Source: Candidatus Aphodosoma sp. (lineage in GTDB: Bacteria; Bacteroidota; Bacteroidia; Bacteroidales; Paludibacteraceae). From it: a stretch of DNA of 64,000 bases. This document shows, piece by piece, positions 38,394 to 46,377 of this stretch (positions are counted from its first letter, which is position 1; each line of letters starts with the position of its first letter). The stretch spans positions 1,046 through 65,045 of the forward strand of contig JAZOUT010000087.1 of NCBI GenBank assembly GCA_045658305.1, in the 5' to 3' direction. The notes under the pieces are model-generated. The model worked only from the letters and a program-made list of their open reading frames with translations, searched no databases and was not told the origin of the DNA. The position numbers were made by a program, and so were the translations under genes.

Positions 38394-41300
38394 TTATTTA
38401 ACCACAACTTTACCTACAGCAGTAGCAGTACGAACTACATAAACACCACTTGGGAGGCTACCATTCATATCTGTTACATTTTGACCTGTGACAGTAAAGA
38501 TTTGGAATTCACCATCTACTACAATCAAGCCATTTTCAGTATAAAGGTCAGCAAGTGTTACATATTCTACTTTAACACCACTACCTGCAACTACAGATTC
38601 GGCATTCAATGGTTGGATTGAAGCAGTTTGACCATTAATGATTGTATAGTCAGCAATACCTGTAAGAGAAGTAATTGCATAAGGAACTGCTATCCTACCC
38701 CAATAGTAAGTTGACACTTTAATTGAATCTTCTCCTTGAACTAACCAAGGCCATTTTTCATCTTCTGGATCATCTGTACGTGTAAGACCTTTCACGCGAA
38801 CCACTTTATTTGCATATTTTGACAAATAGAAGTCGCCCATCATAATTGCGTCTAGAACCAATGCTACGTCTGCATTAAATTCAGCCAATGTAATATCAAT
38901 AGGTTCAACAACACCTTTTGACACTTTTTCTAACTTGAGGTTGCTAACATACTCATCACCTGACCACATAAACGCAGCCGCGTCTCCAAATGTTGTGAAA
39001 CCTTCAACTCCCTTGATAGAGTCGCCAGCAACTACATCATAAGGGAATGGAGCTGTATATTCACCCATTTCGTCAGCTTCACCAAGACCTTTGATAGCGA
39101 TAGCACCTGTTGAGTCTTGTACAAAGATTGTGTAACCAGCAAATTGGTTATGGCTGATGTAAGTCAACAATACTGGGTTACGCAATGCGCTTGACATTGT
39201 GTAATCTGTTTGAGCACCAGCAGCAAGCAATTCAGCAATAGTATTATAATAAAGTTTAGACTCTTGAAGTTCTGTTACATAGAAAACAGGAGCACCTTCA
39301 GAAGGATCCAAATCAATAACACCAGCCACAAGTTTATCTAAATCTTTACCTACGTATGCAGAAAGGTCAACAGGACCAGCAACCATCAATTTAAGAGAAT
39401 CTGTTACTAATACCTCATCATACATATTTGTTTCTGGATTTTCAACATAATCCACATAAGAAATTACATAATAGTAACCATAATCATCTTCTGCAATTTT
39501 ACCACCTTTTGACAAACGGCCCAAAGAAGCATAATATTCAGATACATATTTAAGACCATAAGAAAGGTCAATAGAAGCATAATTAAGTTTATTATTTTCA
39601 CTTACAACTGTAGCTGTTTCAAGAGCGAAATATGCAGGGCGTTGCATTACATCGTTTTCATCATAAACCGCAGGAGAATAAGAACCCTTAATTTGGATAG
39701 CATCACCTGCTTTTGATTGATACATTGACATACGGCCAGCTTGAACCATAAGACCTTGCCAAGAAGATCTGCCCATCATATTTTTAACTTCATATTGAAC
39801 ATAGAAGCTAAACATACTTGCCATTGTAACTACTACAGGCTCTTTAATTTCGTAAGAAGCCATTTTTTGTTCGTCAGTAGCTTCGTTTTCAACGAAATCA
39901 ACGAGGTCGCCCATATTATTAAATGCATAAATAGCTACAACTGAATCTACTACGAATGTAGGAGTTGCTTCCGACCATTCATCAGCAACGTATGCTGAAT
40001 TATAAGTACCATAAACATCCATTTTTGCAGGAATTACATTACCTAAATAGTTCAATACAGTTACACTATCTGGCATGAAATATTCAGTATAAGAACCCCA
40101 ACCTCCACCTATAGTCACTTTCGCAGGTTCCAAACCTTTATACAATACACGTTTACCCTCATTTGCTTTAAGTTCTACCATTGTTGTTACTTCACCTGAT
40201 TGTACTTTACCTACTGTATAGTTCAATACAATTTCCTTGCTAATACCTGTAGTACCAAATGTTACTACTCCAGCAGGAATTCTAACTACATATTTACCTT
40301 CTCTTGCAAATGACTCTTCACCACCAGTATACATAGGATCTACATAAAGACGAAGACCATTTGCTGAAAGTGTATCTGCTTTAAACATAATGTAACCAGC
40401 AGGCATCATTGAACTTGTCAATTCATCTTCAATATATACTTGAGGAATATTTGAACCATTTACAAAATCAGGCTCCGCAACTGCAATTGCTGTATATTCA
40501 GTAAATTGAAGCACTATTTCACGAATTTCTGACACTATACTATTATTAGCAGGTGTAGCAGTATAAACCGCATCAACCTCAGGAAGAACAACTACATCAT
40601 TTTCTATTACAAAATTCAAAACATAATCTACTGTATTCTTATTTGCATTGTCATCGTTGAATTTAACCATGCCAGCAGAAAGAACAATACGATATTTTCC
40701 AGATGTAATTTTACCTTCATAGCATCCAGCATCTTCATCTACCCAAAGTTTAACCGAAGCACCCGAAGCTATTCTATCAAGAACACCATCACCAGAACAA
40801 TTTGTTTTCACAAGTGTTGCAGTACCATCTTCTGCCACTTTATAAAAACAAGCAGGATACATACTTGTAGTTGTTGCCTTTTCTACACCTGTAAATGTAA
40901 TTGTCGCTTCTGTAAATGACTTAAGTGTATCGCCCTCTTCAATATCCCATGTCGCTGTGATAGCAGGAGCTGGTTCTGCTATTACTGTATAAGTTGCACC
41001 TTGTGCTGTTTCTGGAGTAGTATTGTATTTTGTAAGATAACCCACAACCTCAATATAATCACCAACTTTACAAATTGTTTCATTTGTTGATTTACCTCTA
41101 TACAATTCAAATACTTTACCACCATCTTTTGTATCAGCCATCCATACCGAAATATTTTTATAGTTTTCATCGTATGCTGTAGCAATTTCTGTTACGTAAC
41201 CTTTAACCACATACTGACCACCAACATAATTTACATTATTACCAGAAACAGAAGCAGCATATTCAGCAGCTTTAGCGCAAGTCAAAACTGTAGCTTCTTT

Positions 41301-42005
41301 AACAGTAACCGCACAAGTAGCTGTAAGTTCTCCTGCCTTAGCAGTAATAGTAGCTGTACCAATAGATTTTGCAGCAACAGAGCCATCAGCTACTGAGACA
41401 ACGTCATTATTAGACGAAGTCCAAACAACTGTAGTTGTAGCATTAGATGGAGTAAGTGTAGCAGTCAATTGCGCTTCACGATATTGCTCAAGAGCCAAAG
41501 TTGTTTGATTAAGAACAATAGCTGTAGCTTCTACTTTTTCACCACCTGCTATATATGTTATTGTGAGAGCATCAAAACGAACTTGACCATCTGTTAAAGA
41601 AAATTTATAAGTATTTTTTGTGCCATCAAGAGCAACAACTACTTTATCTGAACTTGCAGATGCAGTACTACCTATTGATTTTTGCAAAGATGTTGCATAA
41701 GCTGTACTATTGCAATCAAATTCAATTTTTGAAATTTTATAATCCTCTGCAATTGCAATAGTTACACTTGTACCTTTATAACAACGCATAGGATTATAAT
41801 ACTCTGCCAAATCATTTGCATAACCTGCCTTATCATAAGTAAAAGTAATTCCATTCTCTACCCATACTTGTTGTGATGTTGTACTAACAGTACGCTTTGA
41901 CGCATTGTCAAATGTTAAAGTTGCAGTCTCGGCCCAAACAGAGAATGAGAAAAAACTCAACGCTAATACTACGAATAGCGATTTTAAAAAAGTAATTTTT
42001 TTCAT
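38394..42005 (-). CDS. T9SS-secreted surface protein (1,203 aa) with a Big_2 (bacterial Ig-like) domain and OB-fold-like modules; partial paralog of 32723..38104
   Basis: The track ORF begins at a TTG (42044). I prefer the ATG at 42005 (MKKITFLKSLFVVLALSFFSFSVWA) because the TAACTTTG motif sits at 42053-60. Big_2-like LTATLTPSNATTTVVWTSSNNDVVSVADGSVAAKSIGTATITAK. Also IFVQDSTGAIAIKGL...GDSIKGVEGF. C-terminus SGVYVVRTATAVGKVVVK. Confidence 0.85.
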   Translation of the reverse strand: MKKITFLKSLFVVLALSFFSFSVWAETATLTFDNASKRTVSTTSQQVWVENGITFTYDKAGYANDLAEYYNPMRCYKGTSVTIAIAEDYKISKIEFDCNSTAYATSLQKSIGSTASASSDKVVVALDGTKNTYKFSLTDGQVRFDALTITYIAGGEKVEATAIVLNQTTLALEQYREAQLTATLTPSNATTTVVWTSSNNDVVSVADGSVAAKSIGTATITAKAGELTATCAVTVKEATVLTCAKAAEYAASVSGNNVNYVGGQYVVKGYVTEIATAYDENYKNISVWMADTKDGGKVFELYRGKSTNETICKVGDYIEVVGYLTKYNTTPETAQGATYTVIAEPAPAITATWDIEEGDTLKSFTEATITFTGVEKATTTSMYPACFYKVAEDGTATLVKTNCSGDGVLDRIASGASVKLWVDEDAGCYEGKITSGKYRIVLSAGMVKFNDDNANKNTVDYVLNFVIENDVVVLPEVDAVYTATPANNSIVSEIREIVLQFTEYTAIAVAEPDFVNGSNIPQVYIEDELTSSMMPAGYIMFKADTLSANGLRLYVDPMYTGGEESFAREGKYVVRIPAGVVTFGTTGISKEIVLNYTVGKVQSGEVTTMVELKANEGKRVLYKGLEPAKVTIGGGWGSYTEYFMPDSVTVLNYLGNVIPAKMDVYGTYNSAYVADEWSEATPTFVVDSVVAIYAFNNMGDLVDFVENEATDEQKMASYEIKEPVVVTMASMFSFYVQYEVKNMMGRSSWQGLMVQAGRMSMYQSKAGDAIQIKGSYSPAVYDENDVMQRPAYFALETATVVSENNKLNYASIDLSYGLKYVSEYYASLGRLSKGGKIAEDDYGYYYVISYVDYVENPETNMYDEVLVTDSLKLMVAGPVDLSAYVGKDLDKLVAGVIDLDPSEGAPVFYVTELQESKLYYNTIAELLAAGAQTDYTMSSALRNPVLLTYISHNQFAGYTIFVQDSTGAIAIKGLGEADEMGEYTAPFPYDVVAGDSIKGVEGFTTFGDAAAFMWSGDEYVSNLKLEKVSKGVVEPIDITLAEFNADVALVLDAIMMGDFYLSKYANKVVRVKGLTRTDDPEDEKWPWLVQGEDSIKVSTYYWGRIAVPYAITSLTGIADYTIINGQTASIQPLNAESVVAGSGVKVEYVTLADLYTENGLIVVDGEFQIFTVTGQNVTDMNGSLPSGVYVVRTATAVGKVVVK

Positions 42006-42052
42006 AATTATTAAATATTTAGTTAGTAAAAAATTGATTACCAATTAGCACA

Positions 42053-42060
42053 CAAAGTTA
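42053..42060 (-). promoter_or_regulatory. -7 promoter motif TAACTTTG for 38394..42005
   Basis: The rc of caaagtta, 48 nt upstream of the ATG at 42005. Confidence 0.6.
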
Positions 42061-42231
42061 CACATTATATCTTACATACACAAACTTTACACTCAAATAT
42101 TGAATTTCAAATTTAAATTTTTCTCAAAAAAATAAAATTCAAAAGCACAAAAAACAAAAACCTCCATAAAAACCACTTCCAAAACCCTCCTCCTCAATCC
42201 CCAACTCTCATAACAACATCTCTCCAATATT

Positions 42232-42299
42232 ACAACATACTATAAACATACTATAAATATAGAATAAATATACTATAAATATAGGATAAACATACTATA
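42232..42299 (-). repeat. 11-bp tandem array D (6 units, minus orientation)
   Basis: The rc reads tatagtatgtt tatcctatatt tatagtatatt tattctatatt tatagtatgtt tatagtatgtt gt. Confidence 0.9.
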
Positions 42300-42344
42300 C
42301 AAAAACCTTCACCCTACAAAAAAGAACAATCCACCCCTATCAAA

Positions 42345-42383
42345 AAACAAAAAAAATAGAGATGCAAAACACCTGCACCTCTA
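42345..42383 (-). terminator. Rho-independent terminator of lplA, overlapping its TAG stop (TAGAGRYGCAA family)
   Basis: tagagatgca (42357-66) pairs with tgcacctcta (42374-83). The long A-run on the plus strand is a T-run on the minus strand. Confidence 0.7.
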
Positions 42384-43358
42384 CCTTTTCTCTACCAACA
42401 GCAAAAAATCTTCTGCCGTAGCACCCAATATATAATCCCCAATTTTCACCCTATCCAGCACTTCTCGCATCGCCTCAATCCGAAACTCAACATCAACAAA
42501 CGCATCATACAACGATTGCAAATCCTGATGCGTAAAAAAATCACCATTACACTCCATCGCCCTAATCCTCCCATTCTTCACATCCAAGCGCACCTCTATC
42601 CCACCCCATGCAAAACGCTGACGATTCTTGAATGTATAAGGTGGATTATTGCCCCACATCCATTCGTCAGAAAGATATTCAGGTTCGATACCACACACCT
42701 CAGCGAATTCATCGGCAGAGAGAGCCACTCGCTCAGGAGCAATAGAATTTTCGAGATGACGCATAAGTTGCTCACGCCCAAGATCCATATAGTCGCCTAC
42801 ATTGATAACTCGTTGGCGCACACTCTCTATTCCCTTAGAAATCAACTTCTCATTGTCGGGGGTAATAGTGCGCACGAGTTGCTCTATATCGGTCTTATAT
42901 AATAATGTGCCGTGCAAGATAGAGCCATTGTCGTTGCGATAATAGGCATTGCCTGAGAATTTTTTGCCTTGAAAAATTAAATCATTGCGTCCCGAGAGTT
43001 CAGTTTCGAGTCCAATCTGGGCAAATGCCTCTACCACAGAAGAGAGACAATGACGGAAAACATCGTCGCGCTTGCCTTCACGCTTCACAAATGTGAACAT
43101 AAAGCAACCTTCGTCGGCAAAGATAGTACCTCCACCAGAATGACGACGATAGATAGGTACACCGATTTTGCGCGCATGCTCAAGATTCACTTCAGCCTCA
43201 ATAAGTTGGTGTTTGCCACAAACGATAGCCGGATGGATGTCCCAAATAAAGAAAAGGTCGTCGTTACGCCAATTGGGCGAATTGAGAAGATAACGCTCTA
43301 ACGCTAAATAAAACGATACCGTCTGACGTCCATATTTACTTAAATCAATAGTTTTCAT
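42381..43358 (-). CDS. lplA: Lipoate--protein ligase A (325 aa)
   Basis: RRHSGGGTIFADEG (the LplA RR.SGGGAV.HD motif), GKKFSGNAYY, and overall length and organisation. Confidence 0.9.
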   Translation of the reverse strand: MKTIDLSKYGRQTVSFYLALERYLLNSPNWRNDDLFFIWDIHPAIVCGKHQLIEAEVNLEHARKIGVPIYRRHSGGGTIFADEGCFMFTFVKREGKRDDVFRHCLSSVVEAFAQIGLETELSGRNDLIFQGKKFSGNAYYRNDNGSILHGTLLYKTDIEQLVRTITPDNEKLISKGIESVRQRVINVGDYMDLGREQLMRHLENSIAPERVALSADEFAEVCGIEPEYLSDEWMWGNNPPYTFKNRQRFAWGGIEVRLDVKNGRIRAMECNGDFFTHQDLQSLYDAFVDVEFRIEAMREVLDRVKIGDYILGATAEDFLLLVEKR

Positions 43359-43380
43359 ATTAAATCAATAGTTTTCATAT
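43341..43380 (-). repeat. Perfect 20-bp tandem duplication spanning the lplA start codon and the mtnN stop codon
   Basis: taaatcaatagttttcatat occurs twice (43341-60 and 43361-80). Confidence 0.95.
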
Positions 43381-44088
43381 CATTTCAATAAGTTGTCGCA
43401 ACACCGCAAACGTCATCTTTGGTGCTTCTGCAAAAAAATCAAGATATTGCGCTGTATTATCCGTCTCCATACCTGGAGTATCGCTCACAATACGAAGACT
43501 CATAAATGGCACATTCTTAACATAACACACCTGTGCAATAGCAGCACTCTCCATATCAACAGCCTTACCATCAGGAAAATTACGTTTAATACCCCGCAAA
43601 ATAACCAAATCCGAAATAAATTGGTCGCCAGTACAAATCAAACCAAAAACGAGTCGCGAATTAAGATTCAATTGTGCATTGTGCATTATGCATTGTACAT
43701 TGTTCATTACCTCAAGCAAATGCTCATTAGCAGAAAATTTCAACGGAAAACCTTGCACTTGCCCCCACTCGCCTTCGCCACACCACACATCATGATAACA
43801 AGTTTCAGTACCGACAACAATATCCCCTTGATGCATACCTTCGCCAATGCCACCAGCTACACCACTATTAATAATGTAGTCAAGATGCATTTCGGCAATC
43901 AACGAAGTGACTTGCATTGCCGCATTCACCTTACCTATACCCGACTTAAGAAGTATAATTTGCTTACCAAAAAGCTCACCCACAAGAGCCTTAGCGCCTC
44001 CAATTTCTCGAGACTCAGCATTCTCCAATATATTGCTCACAAGATTAAACTCGCTTTGCATTGCAACTATAATTGCTATTCGTTTCAT
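43375..44088 (-). CDS. mtnN: 5'-methylthioadenosine/S-adenosylhomocysteine nucleosidase (237 aa from the ATG at 44088)
   Basis: MKRIAIIVAMQSEF, SGIGKVNAA, NSGVAGG, VDMESAAIAQV and LRIVSD match MtnN/Pfs motifs. The track ORF starts at an upstream TTG (44100). Confidence 0.9.
   Translation of the reverse strand: MKRIAIIVAMQSEFNLVSNILENAESREIGGAKALVGELFGKQIILLKSGIGKVNAAMQVTSLIAEMHLDYIINSGVAGGIGEGMHQGDIVVGTETCYHDVWCGEGEWGQVQGFPLKFSANEHLLEVMNNVQCIMHNAQLNLNSRLVFGLICTGDQFISDLVILRGIKRNFPDGKAVDMESAAIAQVCYVKNVPFMSLRIVSDTPGMETDNTAQYLDFFAEAPKMTFAVLRQLIEMI
43674..43720 (+). repeat. Heptamer array (ATTGTGC family, ~6 units) in frame inside mtnN
   Basis: attgtgc attgtgc attatgc attgtac attgttc atta, translated on the minus strand as NNVQCIMHNAQLN. 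Confidence 0.9.
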
Positions 44089-44096
44089 ATATATCC

Positions 44097-44154
44097 TCAA
44101 AAAAGACAGAATAACATAATAACAAAAATTTATGTTTTTATGTTATTTTGTCTT
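44097..44154 (-). terminator. Rho-independent terminator of the decarboxylase gene
   Basis: Long stem aagacagaataacata (44103-18) pairs with tatgttattttgtctt (44139-54), followed on the minus strand by a T-run. Confidence 0.7.
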
Positions 44155-44164
44155 CTTATATTAA

Positions 44165-45556
44165 TTAGTACCCAAGTATTTTCAACATTGATTTATACGA
44201 TTGTTCTTTTGCAAACAACTTAGTAAACCACTCGCCCTCTTCGTCACGGTCTATTACCACCAATTTAGGTCCTGGTATCAAACAGTGTTGAATACCACCA
44301 TAACCACCAAGACTCTCTTGATAAGCCCCCATATGAAAAAAACCAACATATTGGTCCTCTCCCTCCTTGATTTTAGGCATAAAGACCGCATTCGAGTGCG
44401 CTTCAGCATTATAGAAGTCCTCTGAGTCACAAGTCAAACCTCCAAGGTTGACACGTTCATATTCCGAGTTCCAATTATTTATCGCCAATAGGACAAAACG
44501 TTGATTGATACCCCACGTATCTGGCAAAGTTGTCATAAACGACGAGTCAATCATATTCCACTTCTCACGGTCATTTTGTTGCTTTTGGTTAACGATGCTA
44601 TAAAGCATAGCACCACTTTCTCCAACAGTATAACTACCAAACTCCGTAAAGATATTTGGCTCAGGCACATTATTGTTTTGACAAATTGTTTTCACTTGTG
44701 CTACAATCTCTTCGACCATATATTCATAGTCAAACTCAAAGTCCAAGTGCGCTTGAATAGGCATACCACCACCAATATTAAGCGAATCAAGTTCAGGGCA
44801 AATCTCTTTCAAATCACAATAAAGATTCACTGCTTTTGCCAACTCATTCCAATAATAAGCCGTATCGCGAATACCTGTATTCACAAAAAAGTGAAGCATT
44901 TTAAGTCGCACATTCGGATTATGTTGTATCTTATTTTGATAATAAGGAATGATATCATTATAACGAATACCAAGACGAGACGTATAGAATTCGAACTTAG
45001 GTTCCTCTTCCGATGCAATTCGAATACCCACATTCAACTCTTTTACTTCATTCATATCAAACAAATCCAACTCAAATTTATTATCAAGAATTGGAATTAC
45101 CTTATTAAATCCACGCTTAATCAAGTTTTGAATATTCTCTACATATTGAGGACGTTTGAATCCATTACATAATATATATGTATCAGTTTTCAAATGACCT
45201 GACTCATGCAAAGCCTCAAGCATATTGATATCAAAAGCCGAAGAAGTCTCAATATTCACCTTATTTTTAAGCACTTCCTCCATTACAAATGAAAAATGCG
45301 ACGATTTAGTACAATAACAATAGTTATATGAGGCATTATAATCTACCTTTGCCATAGCTACATTGAACATACGACGAGTCTTCTGTATATTCGCTCCAAT
45401 CTTAGGTAAATAACATATACGCAAAGGTGTACCATACTGTTTAATAACCTCCATCAAAGGAATACCAAACCATTGAAGTTCACCATCTTCCATAGTAAAC
45501 TCTTCATTAGGCACTTCGAACGCCTGCTGAATCAAATCGATATACTTATTTTTCAT
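44165..45556 (-). CDS. Type III PLP-dependent (Orn/DAP/Arg family) decarboxylase, arginine-decarboxylase-like (463 aa from the ATG at 45556)
   Basis: YCTKSS (PLP-Lys region), LNIGGGMPI (GGG motif), GGLTCDSEDF (catalytic Cys motif). The track start at 45574 is a TTG. Confidence 0.8.
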   Translation of the reverse strand: MKNKYIDLIQQAFEVPNEEFTMEDGELQWFGIPLMEVIKQYGTPLRICYLPKIGANIQKTRRMFNVAMAKVDYNASYNYCYCTKSSHFSFVMEEVLKNKVNIETSSAFDINMLEALHESGHLKTDTYILCNGFKRPQYVENIQNLIKRGFNKVIPILDNKFELDLFDMNEVKELNVGIRIASEEEPKFEFYTSRLGIRYNDIIPYYQNKIQHNPNVRLKMLHFFVNTGIRDTAYYWNELAKAVNLYCDLKEICPELDSLNIGGGMPIQAHLDFEFDYEYMVEEIVAQVKTICQNNNVPEPNIFTEFGSYTVGESGAMLYSIVNQKQQNDREKWNMIDSSFMTTLPDTWGINQRFVLLAINNWNSEYERVNLGGLTCDSEDFYNAEAHSNAVFMPKIKEGEDQYVGFFHMGAYQESLGGYGGIQHCLIPGPKLVVIDRDEEGEWFTKLFAKEQSYKSMLKILGY

Positions 45557-45659
45557 AGCAATGAATTTTATCAATCCAACTCACTCGGATTGTATTTTTT
45601 TTTACCAATGTAATCAACTTAGTTTATCCACAAACAAGACAACCTAAATATTTCGACTG

Positions 45660-45667
45660 CAAAGTTA
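45660..45667 (-). promoter_or_regulatory. -7 promoter motif TAACTTTG for the decarboxylase gene
   Basis: The rc of caaagtta, about 104 nt upstream of the ATG at 45556. Confidence 0.5.
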
Positions 45668-46159
45668 CACAATATTTCACAAATACACAATACCCCAATC
45701 CAACAATCTATCATTCTTTTCTAAACAAAATCAAATAGATATAAAAAATAACACTATTTATATATTAAAATACTTTTATACCTATTCTTTACGCCTTATT
45801 CTCTATCAACACTCACTCTCATTGTGCATCATTTTTGAATGTTTACTTCGGTGCAGATTGCTCAAAGTTACTTAAAGTAAGTACACACTCTCATTGGGTA
45901 TTTAGGATAAAAATCATAATCTTTATCACAAAACACCGAATATTTCGCACAAAATCAAATTTAATCATTTTTACTAATTAAATATACATTGATTTTCAAA
46001 TACATAAATATATACATTCAGAAAAACATCGAATTACACCCAAGCAAACTACCTTAGACCGCCAACGTCTCAATAGGATGTTGTAACTTTGCAAAAAATT
46101 TAAAACAGATTAGACATCATCTTCTTAAAGATCAAAATCCACAACCAACAGAACAAACA

Positions 46160-46202
46160 CACAAAAACAAAATAGCACCGATAACCATATCGTTATCAGT
46201 GC
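46160..46202 (-). terminator. Rho-independent terminator downstream of the tRNA
   Basis: gcaccgataac (46175-85) pairs with gttatcagtgc (46192-202) with one G-U pair. The minus strand then reads tattttgtttttgtg. Confidence 0.7.
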
Positions 46203-46209
46203 CATCAAG

Positions 46210-46281
46210 TACCCCCGTCGAGAATCGAACTCGAATCTACGGTTTAGGAAACCGCTATTCTATCCGTTGAACTACAAGGGC
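46210..46281 (-). tRNA. tRNA-Arg (anticodon CCU)
   Basis: The rc folds by hand as GCCCTTG TA GTTC AACGGATA GAAT A GCGGT TTCCTAA ACCGT AGAT TCGAG TTCGATT CTCGA CGGGGGT A. It has a canonical T-loop GTTCGATTC and the anticodon loop TT-CCT-AA. The acceptor stem has several G-U pairs, including position 1:72, so isotype and ends need tRNAscan-SE confirmation. No encoded CCA. Confidence 0.75.
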
Positions 46282-46287
46282 TTTGTT

Positions 46288-46374
46288 CAATGCACAATGC
46301 ACAATTCACAATGTAAGATGCTCAATTAGCCATTCGGCATCAAATAATTAATTATAAATTGTGCATTGTGAATT
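46288..46374. repeat. Inverted pair of heptamer arrays between yidC and the tRNA
   Basis: Left arm caatgca caatgca caattca caatgta (46288-315). Right arm aattgtg cattgtg aatt (46357-374). At least 13 nt are complementary, with a spacer of about 41 nt. Confidence 0.8.
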
Positions 46375-46377
46375 ATT

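Noticed and set aside
42006-42044. N-terminal extensions from TTG/GTG starts used by the ORF track (42044, 44100, 45574)
   Set aside because: Downstream ATG codons give canonical MKK/MKR/MKN N-termini. At 42044 the extension would start only 9 nt from the promoter motif. I adopted 42005, 44088 and 45556; the exact starts remain unverified.
43393-44223. 276-aa plus-strand ORF over mtnN. Similar long antisense ORFs occur at 26672..27388, 44501..45172, 21816..22424, 22512..23090, 55885..56556 and 57493..58155.
   Set aside because: Each lies antisense to a gene with clear family motifs (mtnN, TBDR, decarboxylase, ileS, polA, hydrogenase) and has no motifs or plausible start context of its own.
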